64,000 bases of DNA, taken from positions 17,236,001 to 17,300,000 of the forward strand of contig OZ281494.1 in assembly GCA_965637545.1 (NCBI GenBank), read 5' to 3'. This DNA comes from Phallusia mammillata (lineage: Eukaryota). Both the position numbers and the translations under genes were made by a program. This document shows positions 1 through 13,052 of the stretch, piece after piece. Numbering within the stretch: position 1 is the stretch's first letter; each line of letters begins with the position of its first letter. The notes under the pieces were generated by a model that made no database searches, was not told the origin of the DNA, and was given only the letters and a program-made list of their open reading frames with translations.

Positions 1-1080
1 TCATAATTCCAAATTAGGAAAATAAACACAATTATTCTTTTGAGCTTTCTTTCGAAACAATACTTTTTATTCATACAAATGTGTTAAACAGAACCAAGGT
101 CTTTAGCATTTCCACCATGCTGTGTTCGAACGAGTGTTGTTTTAGCCATTGGGGTAAGATGTGTGTAAGCGTTTTTTTGCTTTTGTTTGTTTTCTGTATT
201 GTTTTTTGTTACAATGTAATGTAGGCCAAAGCGATTCCGTGATCACAACAAAACTAACGGGTTAACCGCAAATACCACCGTTTGCTCGATCCGTGTTCCC
301 AGCTCTATTCAGTCACGACAGCCCGATGATGATTTCATTAGAAATTGTGCAGCAATTCGCGCTAGTCGGCGGTGAGATCAAAGCAGGTGATATCACACGA
401 CAAAACTAATTGAAGTGAGATCGAGTTTCAGGGATCGATACCAATGATCAAATAGAAATCACCAACCTACCAAAAATTCCAGTTTTTTTATCTGCATGCG
501 CCCCTTTGTAGAAAATGGCGACATGTCTTAAGTACGAAAGTTTAAAGCTTGCCAGTGTGATATGTTGGGGTCGAAGACACGAATGCTTTGGATGGCTAAT
601 CATACGAATACAGAAAAGTTTTATATTGTGAAGGTGCATTATTGCACAATAGGCCATTCTGATGCTCCGACATGTAAAGTTAAATTAAGTTGTTGAAAGC
701 TACCATATGAGAGAAGCAACGAAAATGCCTGTAAATTTAGGATGTGTTATTTCCCTAGATAATTTCATTTACAATATTTTGGGACTCGTTAAAATTTTCG
801 GAAACTTTATGTATAGACTGTAGCTTATGGATAATTTTGTTTGAGCAATAAAACACTTATCTGTCGGCATCATTTATTTTTTATGTTTTACAGTGGAAAT
901 GTGCAAAATGGCTACGCCTATTTCCTTTAGCAAGCTGCATGAATGTTTACAATTTACTTACGGCCTTTGTGTTACAAAAATAAAACCAACACCATTGTTT
1001 CTGCTTTCAATGCCCGACTTTCTCCAGTGTAGTGTTGAAGCAGGGGGATTTTTTCTGGGATCATCTTTTAAGCAAACCTT

Positions 1081-1320
1081 GCAGAACAACCGGGGCCACT
1101 GAGTTGTCGCTAATCAGTTCGTCCCTGTCATCGATAGGATGTTAAAATGCGATTAACCCCCAGCCCTTAATAGCCCCCTATCCTGTGTCTCTCCGGTCTT
1201 TGGAAGACGCTCTAATCGTAGGCAACAAAACGTGTAGCAGAAACTCAATACCGGTCGTCCCTGGACCGCTTGCAGCGCACTGAGAACTCCACAAGACCTG
1301 CGGTGTGACAACATGCCGTA
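1081..1320. other. GC-richer, hairpin-forming island; possible SINE or retroelement relic
   Basis: GC content is higher than the flanks and there are short stems (e.g. GGTC-GTCCCTG-GACC). No ORF, TIR or TSD was identified. Confidence 0.2.
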
Positions 1321-4300
1321 AAATTTAAACACTTCAAACGATTAGACGTTTCCAGTTGTCACGAAATCAGGCTGCATCGAAATTAAAACGTCGGCAGAGC
1401 AAAGCATATAACGTTACCAATGGCCTTTCAAATGCGCAGCCCACGAACACGGATACGCTATAGGATACCTCTTCAGTAAGCACATACACAAAAGAGCTTT
1501 CTGTGTAATGCCCCGCCCCCGTACTTTAGTCTGAAGCTTTGAAGTCAAAAACTTGAAAGTGATTTGTCGGTAAGCTTGTTTTTTCTGTCGTGAAATTGCA
1601 ATATTTTATTTTTTCTCTTCAAAAAACGTCCGGTTATAATTTTCCCACTGAGCTGCTCTGAACTTCTCTCTTCGATGAATCGCAAACTTTTAATGTCTTG
1701 TGTATATGTGGCCCACCATTGAACCCACCACGATACAAACCAACATTATAAACCACTAACTGGGCATCAGTGCTCGCTAATGATACGAAAGTGCCGATAA
1801 ATAGCGGCAATTGTTACCTGTGTACATACTCAGGGATAAGCCCTATTATCACATCATATAGACCGTAATGTGCTCGGCACTTTCATGTCAATGCTGGTAA
1901 ACCGATCATTAAATCTTAGCGGCTTTTTTAGGCAGCCTGGTACTTTTCCTGCAGGTTGGAAATAGGCTTACATCAAAGCAAATGACGTAATGTACATTTT
2001 AGGTATGGTTAACAAAGTTGACATTTGTTTAAGGGTAGATCTTCAGTGGCAATGAAGCATTAAGCAGAGACGCCAAAGTCTCGGTCTTTCGCTTTGGTTT
2101 TAGCCGCTTTGCGTTGACGGATTTTGGTGGATCAAAACTTCGTTGAAGCGACGAATTGGTGGTAACAAGAGGTTTACTTTTTCGTTTGCAAATCAATCAT
2201 AGCTCTCAATACTTAGCGTGCGGGAATTAAGGTGTTTTGCTTTTTAGGGACGCCATGGTTTTCTTAGTGTGGGTCACAGATGTTAAGCCTCGAGTGATTT
2301 GTCAAAATGATTTTGCTGGTGAGAAGTAGAAACAAAGAACTGTGTCGAAAGAGGTTGAAAGAGGGATATGAATTGATGGTCTGTTGAAAACAAATCATAG
2401 TACGTCAGGCCCATTGAAGGCGCTGTATCGAATCAGCTGGTCTCCCAAGCATTTCCATATGACGTTAAAAACAACGTGCAAAAATATTAAATAAAAAAAA
2501 CTTGTTTTCCACTTCGCAACAAACTTTACTTCTTGCGTTTGAGAAAGTTTGTATTTTGTTCTCACCAAATCGCAATACCTTGTTCGATAAAAACAGCACG
2601 GGCATTTCATAACATGGAACAAAGTGTTAATAACATTTTACGTTACAGTGTAAGACATTTGTATTTTAACTCTATTCCTGACCTGTTTGTATGATTTGGA
2701 ACGCCATTGATTTCCATTTTAATTCCAGCCCATACACATGCAAAAGCTTGTTTAATTGCAAACGCACATTCTTTTTCTTTTTCTTTTTTTTCATATATTT
2801 GTTCATAGAAACCACTGTTTATGTTTCATACGCTCGTATTATGAAACGTGTCAAAAACTCGCACAAATATGAAGAAAAATTATGCAGTAATTTCAAGGTT
2901 GATCCGGTATCAATTTCCAGCCTTTTGCCAAACCCCAGTTTGTGTTTGTCAATCCGGCCACCTATCGACCACCTTGGGTGTCTCGTTTTAAGTCAGATCA
3001 AATCGCAGCTGGGTTTGCACACATCGATACAAAATCATCACTCATACTAAGATGGTTACATTTTCATCCAAAAAAGGTAGTTATAGATTCTTCTTTTTAC
3101 CTTACTTTTCAAACTGTGACTGATTGCAAGAAACTATTCCATGCAATATTGTTAAATTTTGGCACTTATAGGACAAAGTTAAATCATCGTTTGGATTTTT
3201 TTAAATTATCTTAGTTTTGAAATTGTTTACTCATCGAAATAATAACTTAAGTTACCCACTTTAGAAACATAGAACTGTAAAGCAGGCGATGTACTAATCA
3301 AAAATTACATTTACAAATTTGTAGAACAAGGTAATGAAATGGCCAACGATTATCGCACTTTAAAACCAAATGTCATACATTGTGAAAATGTCCACCTAAT
3401 TTGCACTATTTTAAGTACTGTTGATTTTACTTGTTGAGAGATAACATGTTTTTTGTAAGAAAATGGTTTAAAATGCAAGCGCCAAGTTGGAAAGAAAAAT
3501 GGCCGTCACTAGAAAATGCACATACCGGTTTCTTCAGCAGAAAATGTACACAAAGTCCAAAAATTGTTTTGCTTTAAACTGTTTGCTGGCCTTGTTAGCA
3601 CAGCGAAACATCACCGTTTTACGCATTATTGAGCTAATGTCAGACTTAGCAGACTTTCGGTCATGGGAAACACTATTATTTTCTGCTTTCGCCACTCAGC
3701 TTTCGGTTTTGAGATCACGCGCTTTGCCTTTGCCTGTTTCATGGCATAAAGAGTTTGGCGATGATCCGTAAACTTCGACTCTCGTATTAGCGACCGCATC
3801 ATAACATAATCGTACGGAACCTGCGACGGTGCATAGACACCGGTTTCCCGCCATAAAATTTTACTTACATACCGCTTACAGCAAACAATTGTATGTCGTG
3901 GTGGTTTTGCTTCATTTCCGTACCGTAGTTATTGTTCGACCTCCGTCGCCACCTGCTCCCCTAGGAGCATTTTACATCGCAGTTTTGCTCTACAGATCGC
4001 CACCGCGGAAGATCGGGTCCTCGGAGGAATAGTAGCCGAGCCCTTAGGGATTTACGTTATCTTACGAAGCCTGGCAAAACGAACCTGCTTAAACATATCT
4101 ATGCCAATACTAACTTCTTCCATGCTGAAGACTATATTGGGGAGACAATTTTACTTTAATTCAAGTTTTGACGTCTTTACAAATAAGTTGTACCAATATT
4201 TTAAAAAGAAAGTTTATTTTGCTTTATTTGACAAAATTTAGAAAACAAATATAGGATGACGTCAATATAGTTGGCCTATCATGGAACATACACATTTTTT

Positions 4301-5099
4301 ATGATATGACTGTCACAATTTTCAGGAGATTGACATCGTACAACCACAATCAACATTACTTGATGAAGGACTTCGATAACATTTAAACTTTTCACAATGA
4401 ACATTATGGAAAAATAAACTCGCATCGGTGAAACGAGGTGTTAGGGACGAAAAAATCATTGTGGACGTTTTATCAGATTTTTCCATCCATTAAGTCTCGA
4501 TCTCGCTCCGCGATTGGTGTAAAGTTACCGGTCGTTCTTCCGCAAGCCACAGAACACGATCCCTGATTATAGCTAATCTACGAATATTAGGAATTTCCAG
4601 ATAGCCTGTCCATACGACACTAGGTTCTTTTTTTAAATGAAAGTATGATACTATAAATTAACAAAGGAAATTGTTTGCGAATGAAAACTAAGATCGATAA
4701 ACAATGCACGTGGTTTGATTTAGTCCACCAGCCATACAAACTTATTTTCACCAAGAATGAGAAAAAATAAGATTCAATGTTTTTTTTTCGTGAAAAATGA
4801 AGCTGGAGCCAGAAGCCTGTATAACAACTTACACGTTAAAATCAAACCAAACACTTAACGGCAACTTAATGTAACTGTACCGTTGTTGACTTAATCCATT
4901 TTAATTTTTTATTACAGTTTGATTGATATAAAATTTTTACCGCAAGTGAATTTAGATGCAAGATGTGCACAAAGGATGTGTCAACTACAAGACTAAATCT
5001 TTCGCAATATGAGTTCTACCGCTCATTCTCCATACTCTCAAAGACATCGCTCAATGGTGAACTTTAACGCGGATTGTCAAGTTTGCCATAATTCTCCGG

Positions 5100-5460
5100 C
5101 ATTCTATCGTCCGTAGAGTGATTAACGGACCCTCACGCGTCGGCTAAGGTTATTTTCTAACCTCTTGCGCCCGAAAAATGACAGGTTAAAAGATGGCGTT
5201 GAGACGACGTTGGTCTTTTGGCATCCAGGCGTTAAAATCCAGCGGGCCGTGCCTAAAACCCTGTCCGGGGCGAAGGCTAAAAGCCACCCCGGTAATAGGA
5301 CACCGGCTCACGACTAGCTCTGACAACAAGGCGAGGCATTATCTCCTCACCCCGACGCTCATTGCTTTTGCTGACAGAGCTTGGATTAATCACCGGAACT
5401 ATGCGTTTCCACAACTGTTTAGCGCTTCATGCAGGTGGAGCCTTGGATTTAGAATGTGAC
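5100..5460 (+). mobile_element. Possible SINE or RTE-related 5'-region fragment
   Basis: GC-rich structured block with GGCATCCAGGCGTTAAAA, which from memory resembles the GGCATCCGGCCGTAAAA motif of RTE-associated SINEs. It has nested stems (GGGG..GGCTAAAAGCC..CCCC; TGTCC/GGACA). No TSD found. Confidence 0.3.
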
Positions 5461-8008
5461 TTGTGGCATTGGTCTCATAAACGCTTGTGGTTTTTTTAAA
5501 CAGTTTAAAAAAAAAAAAATTCACACATGGGATGTCAAAACATTACCCCCAAAAAGCTCTTCAATTTTCAGCAATGAACAAACTTTATTGGCTTTGTTTC
5601 ATAACAGCGTTAAATACTTGGTGTTTTTGATTTGCAAAAATTAGGTGCATGGGATGACGCTTTTGTTTCAGACGTTTTAGGTATTTTGTTTAGTTACGGT
5701 TGCGGCGAAAAAAAAACGACATGCTTGGGTTAAAATATTAGCAGCATGCCATAACAAGCGATCACGTCTAGGTTACAGATTTGTGTGCTTTTGTTTGCGC
5801 GCTGACCTTCTTGCAGCTAGTTGGTCACACGCAGTTATTTTCACGATGCCTGTTTTGTCCTCACATAATCCCAGAAAACTGTTTGAAGTGGCTTCGTTTC
5901 TTCCTGTTGTCCTCGCGCATAAGTGGAATTTGTTTCGGAATTATTGCCATAGCGCGACGCATTTGCGTGTAGGTCGCCCAGTTAATGTTCTTAGCCTTCA
6001 CAAGCGTGACAAAACAAGCTATCTAGGGTCTCCGGACTCGTTTCCTCACTTATAACTACGTCTGGAATTTGCAACTCGACTAAGGTCATTTTACCCCGAG
6101 CAAATTACCCATGTCGCCGAGGTCGTTGCCTTGATTTAAGTACTGTTGTATACGCAGACCAATGCAGTTTTGAACGATGCTTTATGAACCATGGAGATAA
6201 TTGGAAGAGTTTGCATCAATTTTTTTTCTTGGTTTTGCCAGTGACGCGAACACCTTTCTACTGTGCAATGCTGTTCGCTGAACTTTGCAACTATAATTGC
6301 TAAGAATTTCTTTGTCGTTGCTACATCAGACTGCTGTGTACGACCAGGCTCAACGTTCGCTGATGCTTGTGAAACAAAGGAATTACACAATTGTTATGCC
6401 AAAAAATATATAAACAACGGTCGAACTTTGGTTGTGAAGCGTAACCATGCCATAACTTCACACTGCTTAATGTGGTTGCGTACACAGTTGTTTTGCCTAT
6501 TTAGTCTCATCTTGTGTGTTTTACAGCATGCCACTTAACAAGACGAAGCAAAGCAAAATTGTTGCCTGACAAACAACCAAAGCAATGGTAATTCCGCGAC
6601 CACACAACGGCAACAACAAAGTCTTCCTTGTTATCCTTGCATTTTGCATAATGCAACACAGACTTGTTTACCCCCATAGTTTTACGAGAAGGTTCCTAAA
6701 TTTTGTTATATAATTTTTTTTAATTACTTTGCTGTGTATAATGCTTGTTTTTTGACTACTTTGTTGTGAACATTTTAAACACATTTTGAATACTGCTTTA
6801 TCTGGAAATTTCCATGACCTGTCTAAGGACGATTTCTGTTCTTTCAAATTGTATTTAATTTTCATCTAATAAAAACAATTAGAGTGTTTAAGGTCTGCGA
6901 AATGACGCATCGCAATGTGTTTACCCATCAGGCACTAACATGTTTATTTGCTCGTTTATTAATTTTACTTTTATTGTTTATTTTGCTCTACATGTTTATT
7001 TATTCCCGATGTTTTTAAAGACATTTTTGGACAATGCAAGTGGCACAGAGCGTTGAAAAAAGTCTGCATACAATGCATAGCTCTAAACAACGTGCAAAGG
7101 CAGCGAAATGCCAAACATTAAAACTGTCCGCATTTGATGACGTCATAATTACGTCCCCGCTGGTCATTTTTGTTCCGTCGCTAATCGTCGCGAACGGGCA
7201 TCGAATTTCCGAACAATTTTGTTTCGTATTGGGTTCCAGATCGGGAGCGTAACTCGCGCAAGAGTCCCTGGCCTTGTTTGGAGAGCGGCCGACATCAAAG
7301 CGACGTTTACAAGATATTACAACGAATTTGGCGATTTTTAAACTCGCTCGCAGTGACTTTTCGAAGTTGTGCTTGTCACTCACTGCCCCGCGACTGTGAT
7401 TTTAGACTTCACGTACGTGACACTGCGTAGATCATTTCCTAAAGTTCAAAGCATGCGCCGGGAGGAACAAAAAATGCACTACAATATGAGTCACTCGTCC
7501 AAGTGCTACCACACAACATTGCACATTTATTGTTTTACAATTATTACGCCCTAAATTTAACCGACTTTAACGCCATGACGAAATCATTTTGTAAGGACGT
7601 ATATCGTTACATGGACATCAAAGTGCCTATTGTCGCTTAAGGGTTTGTTGCTTTAGGAGCCACTAAATCGTCAACCATACGACAGTGTGTCTTCTCGACC
7701 TGGACCCATCTAAAATACTGTATCTACCTATAATGTACGGTGGTAGGCGCACCTGCGTTTGCAAGCCATTTTGTTTGCATGTGCTCATATGATGCACGCG
7801 CATACAACAATAACTACAGAATCCATCCGCCATATTGTTTGCATATTTTAAAATTTGCTATTTATCGTGAAAAAGTGCTTGATAAATTAGGATTCAACAA
7901 AAGGCTGCTAAACAATGCTTCACCACGAAACTTTTGCATACATTTGCTTCTGAATTATTTTAATTTTGTGAGCTTTTGGTGCTCCAGCAAAATTAGACAA
8001 AAGCTTAC

Positions 8009-8143
8009 CTTGCTTCGTGTGTTGGTCTTGTTGCTTTTCTCACGTACATTCTTTAAACCAGTCCAGCGACTTTTTACTTCTCGAATAGTTATTTCTAATA
8101 TTTGGCGGTCATTTGCCAAGAGCAACAGCGGTCTTATAATATC
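8009..8143 (-). other. Orphan candidate exon (45 codons)
   Basis: Acceptor tttgcag and donor gtaagc bound 135 nt that are open only in phase 0 (DIIRPLLLLANDRQILEITIREVKSRWTGLKNVREKSNKTNTRSK). No partner exon or homology recognised. Confidence 0.3.
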
Positions 8144-9049
8144 CTGCAAATATATTGTCTTTTGCTCACACAATTTAACTTTGTAATTGTAAGACTGTCG
8201 TGTAAGCTTGACACTGCGAATCGTACAACTCCAATATTAACACAGACTGGAAACCGAATATTTCCTTATTGCTGGCACCACTTTTCATGGGCCCGCTACC
8301 CCAAGCTCTTCGCCGACAGTATCATATAACCGAATAACGTTTATTACGCAGCAAATTATCTTGTCAAGTCGTGGTCGGATCTTGGCTATTCCCCTGCGCT
8401 CTCTGCAGGCTTACGCTAAAATTTCGTCCAGCAGTGGCAATATTAGCACTTAATTTCGTGTGTTATCAGCCCACCCTGTCTCCGGACACACGATGAGGTG
8501 GCGCTAGTTATCGGGAATGTAATGCCGGAATCCGAAACTCGTGGTTTTGATATAAAATCGTGGCGGGATGTGTGTGGTTCCATTGCACCTGCGTGGTTAA
8601 TATTTTGTGCCTTGTCTTGTATATTGATCTGTTACAGACACTGTTGTCTATTTACATTTTAAAACTTGCTGAATTTTCTAACATTGTCAAATACTAGTTA
8701 AAACGATTATTTGACTTGTACACGTATATTTTAAGGAGCCCTTGAAGTACATCGTGCCGTTTAAAAGTGGAAAAATGTTTTCATTTTGGTGTCAGGCCAT
8801 TATAAGCTTTCTACTTTACAGCAAATTTCCAAATGTGATTTGCTGCGCCGACTGCGCCACCTACCGACAAAGCAGATTTGAAAACAAATGTTTAAACTTT
8901 TACGCATGTTGTTGTTTATTTCCAGCAGTGCACTTAATTGAAATGGCTACCATCAGTTCCATGCGTTCAGGTTAAAACCAGTCAAGAGGTTACGTTTTGA
9001 AGAGTACTGTAGATAAGTTGCCAACGCCACACATGAGTTAAGTTTTAAG

Positions 9050-10700
9050 TGGCACCACCCACACTGGCATAAGCATAAGCACAAGTATTTTATGTCTGTC
9101 CTTCACCAATGCAAACTGTACACCATTTCCCTATAACTTGTTGTGAACATCCACCACTATGCACTTGCTCCATCAGATTGGTCCCGTTTGCTTCCTCACA
9201 GATGCAGGTTATTTGCTTTTCATTCTAAGAGACTGCTTGTTGCCATACCAACCTGTGAAGGGGTAGACGTCATCCTTGTCCTTTCTACGCACGAAAGCGA
9301 CCAGAGACCTCCAGGTGATACATTAGTCAGCGCAATGCAAACAATTCATTAAGCAACGGTTTCCTTAGGTTTCGCGAGCGCTCAGCTGCAAAATGGCCCC
9401 GCTCAGCCGCAACTGTGGGCATTCTTGAACTCACACGTTGCCAGCGGAAATTAATTATCCTCACCGCAATTTCACGATTCTGGCAGTTGAAGGACTTAAC
9501 ACCATTAACTGGGGATCCGTAATTGAGTGAATATTATCTTAGAGCAAACAGGAGGCTTTTGGGCTGCGTGCAAAATGTTGCCAGATGTGTTTGCATTCAC
9601 GTTTGCAAGCCGATAAATAGTGATTTGGATCGGGTTGTCTATTTTTCATTCTGGTGAGTCAGTCTGTTGATTCTCCTGACAGCTGCAACCTTTCGCCGGA
9701 TTTTGCCAAATGATTTGTAGTGGTCTTTTAAACATTTCTGGTCAATTTTTTGTGGCCTACCACGAGAATGATAAACCTTGTGGGAAACAAATAGGCCTGA
9801 CATTAAATGTCGCAAATTCACGCTTAGTCAGCAAATAGCAAAACAAATAAAGAAGTCAGTAAGCTATGATTTTAGACTGACCTTCACGCATGTTAAAATG
9901 TGAAGGAAATGAGAGGAACTTAAAATGAAGTTTGAGCATATCCTCCCACCCACAAAAAGCGACTAATCGGCCGCCGATAACAGATATCATAAACTTTGCT
10001 GCGCCTCATCTACAATCCTCGTTTGTCGCGGCATTTTGGTGTTTGCCCTTCACCACCCTGAGCCTCCAACAAGGCGCTTTTCCCATAGCCTTGCAGTGTT
10101 GTGTGGAAACAGGCGTTAAGTGCCCGGTTTCTAACGGGGTGTATCGCGTTACTGTATGCCGCCTCCGGGTCGCTACCGCTATGCCAGGTACGTTAAGCCC
10201 CATTTGCACCAAAGCTGAAAAGCTGAAAGTCCATGATCCTTCTATGGCCATCTACATAGTGATGTTTTGATGGGTTCCGCAGAAGTCCCCTTCAATCTGC
10301 TAAAACTAAGAAAATGGATTTTACGCATATAGCAGGCTATGTGATTTATCTGCCTTTTACCTGCCTAACAAAAGTGTTGTATTTGAGACCGTTTTTTCAG
10401 GGGTCTGGGCCCGAACAGAGGACGGCGTTGTCGCATAACATCCAGGGCCCCGCCGTCATGGCTTCATTGCGCACTGAAGTGATTTGTCAATTGCGACGTT
10501 TGTTGTGTCATCCAATCCAATTCGCTCACGACTAACCAACTGTGATCCACTGCTGGATTGTAGGACCAGGTCAAGCCTCGTAACAAACACGTTTGTCGCA
10601 AAATCTTCGCAGCTTTTTTAAGCGCACAGACCGTGCTTCCACATCACTTGAATGGATCCATCTTTTATTTTTAGAATCCGACATGGGACCGAAACTGCTT
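9050..10700. mobile_element. Possible decayed transposon coding relic, family unassigned
   Basis: About 1.6 kb that is GC-richer than its flanks, with short broken ORFs in several frames. No diagnostic motif recognised. Confidence 0.2.
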
Positions 10701-11987
10701 GCTTGCAATACACTAGGAAAATTTCGGAAAACTTATTCGGGTATTCAATAGCGTGCTTTTATCAAAAAAAAACATCGAAAACAAGCTAAATGCAGTTTCA
10801 TTCATAAATTATCATTAATGCCAAGTTATTTATAAGTTAACTTGTTAAGGTTGTAGCCCAACTACGGCCCGCCATAATGATAGTACATTTAATGTTAAAG
10901 TTGTTATATTTGGGTTTTATTCTTTTCAACGGGAAACTAATCGTCCATAGACGTTTGGGTTTTGAACCAGTAAATCATCATCAAAATCCTATAAAAGATC
11001 TCGATAAAACGGTAACATTATCAGCAACAACGTTCAAAATTCTTGAGAAGGACAAACGGCATGTTCAAAATACTTTGCGATACCAAATATGTGGCAAAAA
11101 GTGAAGTGCTGATTATCAATTTCACCTTTGCACTCAAGAATCGCGGTTTTGCGTTTCACACGAGAAATCGCTAGCCCCGTGACTTGAACTCACAGGACCC
11201 CAGCGCCAAAGACAATCGGCTTCTTCTCGAATTACTCGTCGTACCCCAAACGACAGAGTCGAACCAAAACAGCCTACAGCGTCGCGTGTGCTGTAAACAT
11301 CGCGCAACCGTACCCAGGTTTTTAGCTGCCTAATCGCCAACCTGCCATGCGCATAATGTGTGAAGTACAGCAGGTCGTTTTCCCATGACGCGCTCTCCCT
11401 GTCGACTTGTTGCCAGGGCAACATGGGCCAGTGGCCGCTCGAGATCTATGTGAACTCCTACGTCAAATTGGGAGGCGGTTACTGGGACGGTTTATAGGTT
11501 TTTCCAAGAATTGATTGTAATCGCTGGTTTTCCTTTTTCACAGCCAACCTAAGTTTGTGCAACATATTACATCTTGCATTGAGAAACGATACATCGACGG
11601 ACATCGACAAGAAATATTTGTTTTTTAAACTGTGTTGCTATTTACCTATTTTAAGCTGAATGCAACGTCGTAACTTGCAAGTAACAAATTCTTTACCACC
11701 TGAAAAAATGACAAATTAAACCATTGTTTACAAATTTACAGCACATTTTGGACCAAACACTCAGTTGCTCGGGAATTGTGTTTCCAACACAACCACTTAA
11801 CTTTCTAAATTTGCAAACAAAAACACTTGAGAAAAAATTCTGAAGGACGGGACCATTTAAAATAAAGACATTTAAAAATCTTTTATCATATGTACGCCTT
11901 ACCATAATATTTGACAAAATTGAGGTGTACTCATTGTATGTCAAATGATCTTTAAAGTTTAAAGGAGGGCCGACGAACACTTTAGAG

Positions 11988-12293
11988 CAGGGGTTCCCAA
12001 CCTTTTTACGATCTCGTACCACTTGGACGCTCTGTACTGCCACGCGTACCACTTCGAATCATATTTTATTCAGAAGAATAATATTGGCCCACTAAAATAA
12101 CACTAAAGCACCACAACTAAATTTAATGAGATTTTTGTTTACTGTCCACCAATTGGTCAACAAAAACAGATAAACAAAATATAAATTCGTGAATCCAGGT
12201 TTTTGTGAAAAAAAAACGGTAGCTACTCGCGTACCACCTGAAAAACCTTCGCGTACCACTAGTGGTACGCGTACCACAGGTTGGGAACCCCTG
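11988..12293. mobile_element. hAT (Charlie/Buster-type) MITE, 306 bp
   Basis: Perfect TIRs CAGGGGTTCCCAACCT / AGGTTGGGAACCCCTG. Perfect 8-bp TSD CTTTAGAG (11980-11987, 12294-12301). Subterminal CGTACCAC repeats. Confidence 0.95.
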
Positions 12294-13052
12294 CTTTAGA
12301 GGTCTAAAATCAACAACCCGCATGTTCGAAATAAAATTCATGAAGAATATATTTCATTCCGTATCACAGTTAACCAAAAATGGCACAGGGGAGTGGCAGC
12401 TTATAGCATTCATTGAACAAGCTCCCAAAGATAAGGTAATCTACTGCGATATAATAAAAAAACACATGTATTTAGAGAGTAACACGTATTTCTAGTCTTG
12501 CGCAGCAAAAACGGCAAACACAGTATTGTTAGTTTTAGTGCCAAATTCATACAGTTTAATAACGTTCAACACTTTTGACCACATAACTCGTTTAGTAGCA
12601 AACTTTTTTCTCTGCCTAAAATAGCCGCAAGATTTTGTAACATGGTTGAGGGATACTTATTCTCAGTAACAAGTAACAACCATAACAACCTACATCAAGC
12701 CATATAATAAAACACATATGAAGTCGAATGATTGCAAGCAGCAGGCAAGATATCAGTTCATTGGTTGTAGATAAAAAGTTGCTGACAACCAACAACCAGC
12801 ATGTAAAAGTGAAACTTTATTGAAGATTTGTTTACGAAATGGTGAGATTCGATTAATTATTAACATACTAAACGGTGTCCCATTTGGAAATGTATATCAC
12901 TACACTTTGTTGAGATTTGGACGTAGCACGGCAACAGATCGCTAGACTGCAATGATCTCTTGTTCGATAATAATTTGTATTAAAACGTGTTTACAATACC
13001 AGGGATACATTAGTTTTCTCTAGCGTCGCTGAATTGATTTAATCTAGGTGAG

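Noticed and set aside
5200-5300. HDV-like ribozyme fold (also tried at 1215-1310)
   Set aside because: I could not build P1, P1.1, L3 and J4/2 together with consensus residues.
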